From positions 33,029-48,644 of the forward strand of contig JALTLO010000115.1 of assembly GCA_027001995.1 (NCBI GenBank): DNA of 15,616 bases, in the 5' to 3' direction. The DNA comes from Planctomycetota bacterium. Lineage in GTDB: Bacteria > Planctomycetota > GCA-002687715 > DRQF01. Under the pieces are notes generated by a model. The model was given only the letters and a program-made list of their open reading frames with translations, was not told the DNA's origin and did not search any database. Shown here piece after piece: positions 7,478-14,945 of this stretch; position 1 is the first letter of the stretch; each line of letters begins with the position of its first letter. Both the position numbers and the translations under genes were made by a program.

Positions 7478-8577
7478 TTCTTGCTTTCCGACAAAAGGTT
7501 GTCTTTGTCATGTTGCTCAGTGCGAACCCCAAGCTCGTTGCTTAGCACGGCATCCCAAACCTTGAGACTATTACTGGAACCGTATGATTGTATGTGCCCC
7601 CGGGAGAAATAGATCCCTGCTTTCGGGCTCGGAACGAATTCCGGGTTCATCCCCGCAGCCTCGGCGACCGCTGCATGAACAATGGGAAAGTCGATTTCCG
7701 TTGCGAAAGAAATCCAAGCTGGAAATCGCCCATTCACTTCGATCAACAAGAAGTCACCTGTTGTGGCATCCTTCATGAATTCCAATTCAAAAGGACCTTG
7801 CCAATTGAGCACTTCAAGGAGTTTCCGCGCCACTTGGTCTAACTCAGGGTTTGCCACCGTAACGCCCGAGGTCGCTTTGCCAGAAGAGGTGGTATTCCCC
7901 TTCTTGACGCTCACAGACCCCAGGAGCCCTCGACGCCCCACTACCCCAGCAACAAGGTATTCAACGCCAGCGCGACACTCCTGAGCCATCACGGGATAAC
8001 CCCATTTTTTTGCCATCTTGCGAAACAAAAATTCGGCTTCTTCTTTGTCAAAGGCAAGTTCAGCATCTGCCAATGCGCCTTTAACATAGAGCGGAAAAGA
8101 CCAACCATCCAAGGGATGGAGCTGGCCCGTGTCATAGAGAACACTTGTTCTGGGAGTGAGCAAATTGGCCTGAGAGGCGAGCTCAGACAAATTCCATTTG
8201 AAGCGCCGCTTGACGGAGTCTTCTTGAGGCACCAAAGAGTGTATGCCAATCTCTCGGAGAGGATCTCCTAAGCGTGCGACGGTGGGCAAGTCAGAATCCA
8301 AGCAAGGCAACAAGACATTCAGGCCAAGGTCATGGTGAATGCCAGACAAAGAGCGCATGTACCAATCTTCATGGTCCCCGGGCCAAGGAACCAGAGCGAC
8401 ATCATCGAATAGGTCCTCCATGAATGCACCTGGGATCATGGGATCGTAGGCCAAGGCAATGAGGCGACCATGAAAGTTGGGGTCCCGCTTCAGCGCCATC
8501 GCCACCGCCGTTCCTGGGTGTGGGTTCGTTCCGGAATCAAGCCCACTGATTCCAACGACCAATTCAGAATCGAGCAT
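7474..8577 (-). CDS. ATP-grasp (carboxylate-amine) ligase
   Basis: FPLYVKG, VMAQE, GVEY, WQGPFELEF and the catalytic motif FLLIEVNGRF. ATG at 8577 is preferred over TTG at 8583 because of its spacing from GGGGGTGG. Overlaps the end of the PqqD-like gene. Confidence 0.9.
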   Translation of the reverse strand: MLDSELVVGISGLDSGTNPHPGTAVAMALKRDPNFHGRLIALAYDPMIPGAFMEDLFDDVALVPWPGDHEDWYMRSLSGIHHDLGLNVLLPCLDSDLPTVARLGDPLREIGIHSLVPQEDSVKRRFKWNLSELASQANLLTPRTSVLYDTGQLHPLDGWSFPLYVKGALADAELAFDKEEAEFLFRKMAKKWGYPVMAQECRAGVEYLVAGVVGRRGLLGSVSVKKGNTTSSGKATSGVTVANPELDQVARKLLEVLNWQGPFELEFMKDATTGDFLLIEVNGRFPAWISFATEIDFPIVHAAVAEAAGMNPEFVPSPKAGIYFSRGHIQSYGSSNSLKVWDAVLSNELGVRTEQHDKDNLLSESKK

Positions 8578-8848
8578 CTTCAACCACCCCCAGCCTGACT
8601 AGGTCAAGAAGACAGCGTTCAACATCCCCCCGCACAACTTCTTCATCGACGTCAAAACCTTCGACCAAAGCCGCAATAATCTGGGAGCGTCCGGCGCCTT
8701 GCTGCAATTGCGATAACACCAAATGGGCGCTATCATTGAGCAACAGGACTTGCCCCGATTCGGGAATCCGCAGCAGCAGCCCCCGATCGCTGGAATCCAA
8801 GTCGAATTCAACTTTGAGGCTCAGTTTCGCCTCGCTTGTCTCAGACAT
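8564..8848 (-). CDS. Stand-alone PqqD-family protein / RiPP recognition element (RRE)
   Basis: 94 aa with the classic three-strand plus three-helix pattern: LLLRIPESGQVLLLNDSAHLVLSQL...SQIIAALVEGFDVDEEVVRGDVERCLLDLVRLGVV. GGGGG SD upstream. Confidence 0.9.
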   Translation of the reverse strand: MSETSEAKLSLKVEFDLDSSDRGLLLRIPESGQVLLLNDSAHLVLSQLQQGAGRSQIIAALVEGFDVDEEVVRGDVERCLLDLVRLGVVEDARF

Positions 8849-8875
8849 TCAAAACCCCCATGGCGATTCAATGAA

Positions 8876-8903
8876 ATCATATCTGATCTCGGGACTTTGC
8901 CAT
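8876..8903 (-). promoter_or_regulatory. Possible sigma-70-type promoter for the PqqD-to-sirtuin operon
   Basis: Minus strand ATGGCA-16 nt-TATGAT. The -10 element ends 27 nt upstream of the PqqD start. Confidence 0.35.
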
Positions 8904-8964
8904 CCCGCTACAGATCTATCCTGAAATTTCCCTATTTCGGATCAAAAAACTCTGTTGGACCCAA

Positions 8965-10671
8965 TTATCGGCTCAACAGACTCAAAGCCTGCCTCACCGC
9001 CTTCGATAGCACACGATCCTCAGGATCCCGGCGAGCATATTTAATCACATTCCTTACTTGTCGGCGACTTAAGTGCCCTTTTCCTTGTCCCTTCTTAAGA
9101 ACACGCAGCACCGAAAGATGAACACTTGGAGGAAAATCGTACAGTTGCGGTGCATGACCCGCCAAGTGAGCAGCCAAAGCCCCCACAGCCGTCTTTGGAC
9201 GTTCCGTGGTTTCCACCGTCTCCAGAAGCTCCAAAGCACGGATTCCGGATGCTTTTCTTAGGTTCTTGATCGCCTCGTCTCGGCGGCCTTCATCAAGAAG
9301 TCGGCGCACGTACAATAAATTCCTGGCATCGTCAGCCAAGGATCCTTGATGAGATTCAGTTGGCGCATAGGTTGCGGACAATGGAGCAAATCGTAGGCGA
9401 CGCTCTAGATTCTCGAGAGCCTTGGGGGCCGACAGGTCACCTCCTTGAATAGCAGCCCTAAAGGCCTCCCGAGCCGCTTCTGAATGACCAAGCAATTCCT
9501 CGGCCTCACCAAGAATCCCAGGTGGACAGCTCTCTTTCGCCAACTCGATGAGGGGCGCGATGACATCAATACGCTTGATACCGATTGCAGAACGAAGAGC
9601 TTCAGCCCCCAGGCGCCCTCGATGTTTGTTGTCCAAGACCCAGTCGATCAGAAGGTCATGAAGGCCAGAACGCCTAAACACTTGTGCGCAGGCCAATAGA
9701 TCTTCCGGCTCCGAATCCAACCAAGCTGATGCCGCCTCCTCCGAGACATAGGGAGAGACGGCCCAAGAGGATTCCACAATTAGAGGAAGAAGTTTAGCAA
9801 GTTTTCGATCTTTCTTCGCGAATATCAGCAGGTCTGGCCCTGAGGCATGCCAACCCACGGCACAGGCCGCAGCAAAAGCAGAAACTGTGTCGTCATGGTT
9901 ATGACGCCAACGAGACCATGCCCAACCCCAAGCACTCTCTAAGTCGAGAGAATTCCGGCCCATGGCAGCTCCAAAAGCTCTGCTGGCCGCTGCATAGTTG
10001 CCGTCTTCATAGTGACACCAACCAATGAGTGCCAAAGGCGCCGGCGCCATCTTGTTGAGATTCGCCGCGTGCCCAAAAATCGGTCGCGCGGCTCTGCGCT
10101 CCCCCATGGCTCGATAGGCACTGGCTGTCCCATAGAATGCATCCATGTGCCGCGGATCAACACGAGCCGCCCGCTGAAAGAAATCAAGTGCCACCCGAGG
10201 TAACCCCGCAGACATCTCCACCCACCCAGCCCCGCATAGAACAGAAGTCAAAGCCTCCGCCGGAAGGCGACGTCCAACAAGTTTCAACGCCGACGCAAAA
10301 GCTTCTCGGGCTTGGTCAACGTCTCCCAACTTAATTAAGGCATAGGCTTGACTCAGGGGTTCATAACGATGTCTGGCCAGAGCATCTGCTTGAAACCGAA
10401 GCCCAGTGTGCTCGGGGTAGCTCAAACATGCGTCGTCCAAGAAACGCTGAGCCTCGGCCTCCCGCCCCACTTTCTGCAAAGCGATGGCATAGGCGCGAGC
10501 AGCATCGGCAGAAAATTCCGAGCGGGCAGCCAACTCGTCCATCACCTCCGCTGACAATCCCTCAATAGTGGCCCCTAGGAGGGCATCTCCCCCTTCGTAG
10601 GGGCGATCCCGTCGCCGACGACGCCAGAGAAAGCGCCCAAAGGCGAAGACATTTTTGAATTGATTAGTCAT
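8965..10671 (-). CDS. TPR-repeat protein, no signal peptide, Arg-rich N-terminus
   Basis: 568 aa, Ala-rich and helical. TPR units include GAGWVEM..ALDFFQRAARVDP and LIGWCHYEDGNYAAASRAF. The central part is collinear with modules of the 814-aa TPR protein. Confidence 0.8.
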   Translation of the reverse strand: MTNQFKNVFAFGRFLWRRRRRDRPYEGGDALLGATIEGLSAEVMDELAARSEFSADAARAYAIALQKVGREAEAQRFLDDACLSYPEHTGLRFQADALARHRYEPLSQAYALIKLGDVDQAREAFASALKLVGRRLPAEALTSVLCGAGWVEMSAGLPRVALDFFQRAARVDPRHMDAFYGTASAYRAMGERRAARPIFGHAANLNKMAPAPLALIGWCHYEDGNYAAASRAFGAAMGRNSLDLESAWGWAWSRWRHNHDDTVSAFAAACAVGWHASGPDLLIFAKKDRKLAKLLPLIVESSWAVSPYVSEEAASAWLDSEPEDLLACAQVFRRSGLHDLLIDWVLDNKHRGRLGAEALRSAIGIKRIDVIAPLIELAKESCPPGILGEAEELLGHSEAAREAFRAAIQGGDLSAPKALENLERRLRFAPLSATYAPTESHQGSLADDARNLLYVRRLLDEGRRDEAIKNLRKASGIRALELLETVETTERPKTAVGALAAHLAGHAPQLYDFPPSVHLSVLRVLKKGQGKGHLSRRQVRNVIKYARRDPEDRVLSKAVRQALSLLSR

Positions 10672-10853
10672 TTCAAGATTGCGTTAAAGTCCTTTGCCAC
10701 AAGAGTTTCGCAGCAATCTCCCAAGAAATCCAATAGTTAACTGACATTCTTACCTATCGGGGCAAACTCCTATCCTCGCCAAGAAGATTCTCGTTCTTTG
10801 ATAGCCAATTCTTCAGAATTCAAAGATCTTCTCCCCACTTTAGCTCCGGTCTC

Positions 10854-10882
10854 TTGCCCATTTCGGAGCCAGTTTCTACATT
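10854..10882 (+). promoter_or_regulatory. Sigma-70-type promoter positioned for a leaderless transcript
   Basis: TTGCCC (10854-10859), 17 nt, TACATT (10877-10882), 6 nt, ATG (10889). No SD upstream of the ATG. Confidence 0.6.
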
Positions 10883-10888
10883 CTTCCC

Positions 10889-11497
10889 ATGAAAACACTC
10901 ATAATCATCACCGTCATCGCGTTCTTGACTGCTTGCGGCGGCCAAGATCACAACAATAATACCGCCGAAGATCGTCCATCAAACCCGACGAGTCAACCGG
11001 CGAAAAGTAAGGCCCAAGAAACTCCCAAGTCCATGCCGACTATGAATCCGGCGGAAAATCCAAAGGCCAAAGCCGCTCCTGAGGCCCCTTACAACTATGG
11101 AGCTCCCAAGAAAGCCGCCGGATGGGCAACGCCCAAAGCCATCAAAGTGCAACACATTTTGGTGAGCTTCACCGGAGCCGCAGGCGAAGGACGACTTGGC
11201 AAACGCATCCCTCGGACCCAAGAGCAGGCCAGGAACTTGGTGCACGGTTTAGTCAAGCGCCTTCGTAATGGCGAAGAAATGCTGCCTTTGGTGAAGAAAC
11301 ACACCCAAGATAGTGCTCCAGGCATCTACGAGATGTGTATCGGCAGACCGACTAAGAGAGGTCAAGTACCGCGAGCGGGCATGGTGAAGAATTTCGGGGA
11401 CGTTTCCTTTTCGTTAGACGTTGGCGAGGTTGGATTGGCTGAATATGACAGAACCAATTCCCCCTTCGGCTACCACATTATCAAACGTCTGGAGTAA
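10889..11497 (+). CDS. Lipoprotein parvulin (PpiC/rotamase)-type peptidyl-prolyl cis-trans isomerase
   Basis: Signal peptide with lipobox FLTA-C, then a P/A/K-rich linker. Parvulin motifs VQHILVSF, GMVKNFGDVSFSLDVGEV and SPFGYHIIK. Confidence 0.92.
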   Translation: MKTLIIITVIAFLTACGGQDHNNNTAEDRPSNPTSQPAKSKAQETPKSMPTMNPAENPKAKAAPEAPYNYGAPKKAAGWATPKAIKVQHILVSFTGAAGEGRLGKRIPRTQEQARNLVHGLVKRLRNGEEMLPLVKKHTQDSAPGIYEMCIGRPTKRGQVPRAGMVKNFGDVSFSLDVGEVGLAEYDRTNSPFGYHIIKRLE

Positions 11498-11519
11498 TCG
11501 GACTGAAGTGGTGATCCCA

Positions 11520-12596
11520 ATGATGTTCAGCATCCATGACCGCCCCGCCCTTGAGGGATTTCGCCGCCGACTCCGCTTAGATCCCTATCTCATTGGTCGA
11601 CTTCGCACCCGTTTCTACAAGAAGTCCGAAGAACTCTCGGACTCTCTTGTAGAACTCGGCAATGCTCACATCTCAACCGCCTCCTGCCATATTCGCCCGA
11701 GGGAATTCGAAGTTGTCTCTCGCCAAGACTCCCAAGTGGACGGCGCCACAAAACTGGCACTCAAAACCCACGATGGTCACTTGATCGAAACAGTGATTCT
11801 GAGAATCAAATCTGGTCGCGTTGCTATCTGCGTCTCCTCCCAAGTCGGTTGTGCCGCAGGATGCACTTTCTGTGCCACAGGCAAAACCGGAATCATCCGC
11901 AATTTGACTGCATTCGAAATTGTTGATCAAGTTGCCATTGCCAATCGAATCTTGAAACGAGAAAAGCTCCGCATCAGGAATCTCGTTTTCATGGGCATGG
12001 GTGAACCCCTTCATAATCCCCGTGAAGTCGACTTAGCCCTCGATCTACTTACAGATCCAGCGCTCTTCAATCTAGCCCCGGGGCACATCACAGTTTCGAC
12101 AGTTGGTTTAGAAAAGCAGATGATCGTCTTGGCAAAAAAGCGTCCAAATATTTACCTCGCTCTGAGCCTCCATAGTGCGCGCCAAGACGTCCGGGCTTCC
12201 TTGATCCCTCTTGCCAAGCAGCACAATTTGAAGTCTCTTCATGAGACCATCCACGAGCTTAACCGCCTCCAAGGCCGTCCTATCATGGTGGAATACCTCA
12301 TGCTCGCCGGAGTCAACGACAGCCAGCAAGACCTCGATGCTCTGATCGCTTGGAGCGCAGGCATCCAGATCCATGTCAACCTCATTCCATTCAACCCTAT
12401 TCCCGACAGTCCTCACTTGGCCCCAACAACTCACGAAGACTGCGTCATTTTCGGCAAGAAACTACGAGAAACCGGGATCAAGACGACAATTCGCTATTCC
12501 CTGGGTGCAGACGTCACGGCGGCATGCGGCCAATTGGCAAGAGAAGAAAACCGTCGTCCTTCCTTTCAAGGGACGTCTGCGCTTCCAAAGAAGTAA
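11520..12596 (+). CDS. rlmN: RlmN/Cfr-family radical SAM RNA methyltransferase (RlmN-type)
   Basis: DGATK, IETV, CVSSQVGCAAGCTFCATG (CxxxCxxC), FMGMGEP, SLHS, EYLML.GVND, VNLIPFN, AACGQL. Start placed at ATG 11520 (or 11523) to avoid overlapping the PPIase gene. Confidence 0.88.
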   Translation: MMFSIHDRPALEGFRRRLRLDPYLIGRLRTRFYKKSEELSDSLVELGNAHISTASCHIRPREFEVVSRQDSQVDGATKLALKTHDGHLIETVILRIKSGRVAICVSSQVGCAAGCTFCATGKTGIIRNLTAFEIVDQVAIANRILKREKLRIRNLVFMGMGEPLHNPREVDLALDLLTDPALFNLAPGHITVSTVGLEKQMIVLAKKRPNIYLALSLHSARQDVRASLIPLAKQHNLKSLHETIHELNRLQGRPIMVEYLMLAGVNDSQQDLDALIAWSAGIQIHVNLIPFNPIPDSPHLAPTTHEDCVIFGKKLRETGIKTTIRYSLGADVTAACGQLAREENRRPSFQGTSALPKK

Positions 12597-12640
12597 GGGA
12601 GTGTGTAGAGTCCCCCCATCACGAGAAACAAGGAAGAGTT

Positions 12641-14269
12641 ATGAAGACACTTGCGTTAGTCGCCTTATTGTTGATCACCAACAATCTAAAGGCCCAAGAG
12701 AGTTCCTGGCCTGCTAAAGAGGTCATAGAGGCAATCAAAAGGACTATCGACAACGGCTACTGGCAGGGTGCTGCCCTAGCTTGGATCGACGGCGATAAAG
12801 AAGGTTTCATCGGTTTCGGCCAAGAAGCGGGCAATGGCTCACCCAAGGTAAGCGCGGCCAGCGTCTTTGAAATCGGTTCTATCTCCAAAGTCTTCACTAC
12901 CGCTCTGCTTTGTGATGCTCTTGCCAAGAATGAAATCAAGCTCGAAGCGACTTTAGGGGAGATTCTTGGCACAGAGAAAAAGCTCTCGCCTTCCGTCGCA
13001 AGAATCACCATCGAGCAGCTCGCCACGCACTCTTCCGGGCTGCCCCGTATGCCAACCAACTTCTCCCCGGAGAACAACGAAAATCCCTATGTGGATTACG
13101 GCCAAGACAAACTCTTTGCCTTCCTTGCCACGTTTGAAGTCAATGAGAAAAACGTTGGGCAGATTGCCTATTCCAACCTAGGCATGGGCCTCTTGGGAAC
13201 TGTCCTGGGGATTGTCCTCAAGAAGGACTGGCCGACTTTGATCAAGGAGCGAATCACCGCGCCGCTGAAAATGAACATGACCGGCGTGACGGCACAAAAG
13301 AACGAGGTTCAAGGTCACTCGGGCAAGGTTCCCACGGCTGCCTGGGATTTCGACGCTCTGGCTGGCGCTGGCGATCTCGTCTCCTCCGCCCATGACATGA
13401 TTCTTTGGGGTCGTGCCTGCTTGAGCCCAAGTAAGCCTGGAATCCACCAAGCCATCGCCGCCGCCAGCAAGATTCGCAAGAAAATCGACAAGGACATGAG
13501 CATAGGCTTAGGCTGGCATACGAAGGATCAAGGTGGTCGCCAGGTCATTTGGCACAACGGCGGCACCGGTGGGTTTTCCTCCTTTTTCGCCTTTGAACCT
13601 AAGAGCAACCGCGCCATTTTCTTAGTAGCCAGCAGCAATGGGCCAGAAGTAACCAACGTTGGTTTTCATGCCTTTTTTTCCGATTTCCCCATGGGCATCA
13701 CCAAGTTACCCAAACCCGTATCTCTGGCTGTGGAAGACATGAAACCTTGCGTTGGCCGCTACAGTCTCAAAGGCGGTCTCATGTTTGAAATCGCACTGAG
13801 AGAGAACTTCCTGACCGTTGCTATTCCAGGACAATCCACCTTTACCCTCTATCCTTCAGCAAAGAATGAGTTCTTCTTGGCTGTTGCCGCAGCACGGTGT
13901 CATTTTATCCAAGACAAAGAAGGCAAGATCACAGCCCTTGTTTGGTCTCAGGGAGGGCAGAATCAAAGAGCCATTCGCGTCGAGGGAGAAGTCAAGGAAT
14001 TCCAGATTTCCCCAGAAGATCTCGAAAAATACACCGGTCGCTTCCGCCTGACGAAGGATCTCATCTTTACTTTGAAAGTCGTTCAAGGCCGCCTAAAAGC
14101 GGGGCTCACCGGACAACCTTCCTTCCCCATCTATGCCAAATCGAAGACTGAGTTCTATTATCGTATTCTCGATGCCCAAATGACCTTTTTCTTTGATGAC
14201 AAAGGGAAGGTGACTGCTTTGGAATTGCATCAAAACGGCGCTGACAAGAAGGCACCGCGAATCGACTAA
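12641..14269 (+). CDS. Exported serine hydrolase of the beta-lactamase class C / peptidase S12 family with two C-terminal DUF3471-like domains
   Basis: ATG 12641 follows AGGAAG. Signal peptide MKTLALVALLLITNNLKA. Motifs FEIGSISK (SxxK), LATHSSGLP, YSN, WHNGGTGGF. Two ~90-aa C-terminal repeats (VGRY..GQ..F.LY..EFF..F..DKEGKITAL and TGRF..GQ..F.IY..EFY..F..DDKGKVTAL). Confidence 0.9.
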   Translation: MKTLALVALLLITNNLKAQESSWPAKEVIEAIKRTIDNGYWQGAALAWIDGDKEGFIGFGQEAGNGSPKVSAASVFEIGSISKVFTTALLCDALAKNEIKLEATLGEILGTEKKLSPSVARITIEQLATHSSGLPRMPTNFSPENNENPYVDYGQDKLFAFLATFEVNEKNVGQIAYSNLGMGLLGTVLGIVLKKDWPTLIKERITAPLKMNMTGVTAQKNEVQGHSGKVPTAAWDFDALAGAGDLVSSAHDMILWGRACLSPSKPGIHQAIAAASKIRKKIDKDMSIGLGWHTKDQGGRQVIWHNGGTGGFSSFFAFEPKSNRAIFLVASSNGPEVTNVGFHAFFSDFPMGITKLPKPVSLAVEDMKPCVGRYSLKGGLMFEIALRENFLTVAIPGQSTFTLYPSAKNEFFLAVAAARCHFIQDKEGKITALVWSQGGQNQRAIRVEGEVKEFQISPEDLEKYTGRFRLTKDLIFTLKVVQGRLKAGLTGQPSFPIYAKSKTEFYYRILDAQMTFFFDDKGKVTALELHQNGADKKAPRID

Positions 14270-14291
14270 CTGGCATCCTTTCTGGGCAAGA

Positions 14292-14300
14292 TGTTAACGT
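14292..14300 (+). promoter_or_regulatory. Possible extended -10 element for a leaderless transcript
   Basis: TG-T-TAACGT ends 6 nt before ATG 14307; no SD. Confidence 0.35.
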
Positions 14301-14306
14301 GATGCC

Positions 14307-14945
14307 ATGAGCAAGCCTTTTGTCATCTCCGTGGCTGGGCCAGGATCCAATTCGGGCAAGACCCATTTGGTCTGCGCCTTGCTGCGCCATCTCGCCACCC
14401 TCGGTGATGTGGGAGCGGTCAAGATCGCCACCTCGACTCCAGACCACATGTGCGCCCGTACCAATCTGCCCTGCGACTGTTTGCGCTTTGAGGGACGGAT
14501 GCGCCTGCTCAAAGATCCGGCCTACATCAACAAGGTTGGCAAAGATACAGAAGCTATGTTCGCTGCTGGAGCTCGGCCAACCTGGTGGCTTCAGACAACT
14601 TCGGATGTTCAAATTGAATCGGCCCAGTTTTTGGTCGAAGAACTCTCTGGGCCAAAGATTTGGGTGGTAGAAGGCGCTGGCCCCATTCGCGGGGGTCTTG
14701 CTGACCTAGCAATTCTGGTGGTGAAAGCGGATGGCTCCGAACCCAAAGAGTCTTGGTTCGACCTTTTGCCCCAGGCCCATGTCATCGCCCGAAGCCACGA
14801 GCACGAAATAGACACCGCCATCAACATGAATCCCTGGACGACCTCAGTGCATCATCGACCCACCTTAGAGTTCTCGGGGCGGGCTCAAGAACTGCCGAAG
14901 AAATTCATCGACTTCTTGACTCATTTCTTCAATGGCGAATCATGA
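14307..14945 (+). CDS. MobB-like P-loop NTPase with a Cys/His-rich insert
   Basis: VISVAGPGSNSGKT Walker A, VGAVK, GKDTEAMFAAGA (compare MobB GKDT.R...AGA), VVEG. Insert HMCARTNLPCDC. Confidence 0.65.
   Translation: MSKPFVISVAGPGSNSGKTHLVCALLRHLATLGDVGAVKIATSTPDHMCARTNLPCDCLRFEGRMRLLKDPAYINKVGKDTEAMFAAGARPTWWLQTTSDVQIESAQFLVEELSGPKIWVVEGAGPIRGGLADLAILVVKADGSEPKESWFDLLPQAHVIARSHEHEIDTAINMNPWTTSVHHRPTLEFSGRAQELPKKFIDFLTHFFNGES

Noticed and set aside
8564..8848. PQQ or lasso-peptide biosynthesis
   Set aside because: No pqqA/B/C/E, lasso cyclase or leader peptidase in the window.
8849..8964. Hidden precursor peptide or terminator in the intergenic gaps (also 761-836 and 10672-10888)
   Set aside because: No convincing SD-led small ORF was found by eye. 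The hairpin at 8918-8942 has its U-tract on the wrong side for a minus-strand terminator.
653..10554. Many + strand ORFs (e.g. 1362-2048, 2708-3280, 4321-4749, 6998-7411) and short alternate-frame minus ORFs
   Set aside because: Shadows of long motif-bearing minus-strand genes; no recognisable motifs of their own.
10807..10820. Palindrome AATTCT-TC-AGAATT in the divergent intergenic region
   Set aside because: Short, AT-rich and single-copy; could be chance, and no cognate regulator is visible.
11421..12596. Radical SAM enzyme as the RRE-partner RiPP maturase, and the ORF-track start at 11421
   Set aside because: Motifs are RlmN-type with no SPASM domain, and the gene is on the opposite strand. 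The longer start overlaps the PPIase gene.
12350..12640. N-terminal extension of the serine hydrolase ORF
   Set aside because: It overlaps rlmN. ATG 12641 has an SD-like sequence and begins a signal peptide.
12641..14269. Beta-lactam resistance gene or maturation peptidase of the cluster
   Set aside because: The HNG triad and DUF3471-like domains fit the broad S12 hydrolase family rather than AmpC (KTG). Nothing in the sequence links it to the minus-strand operon.
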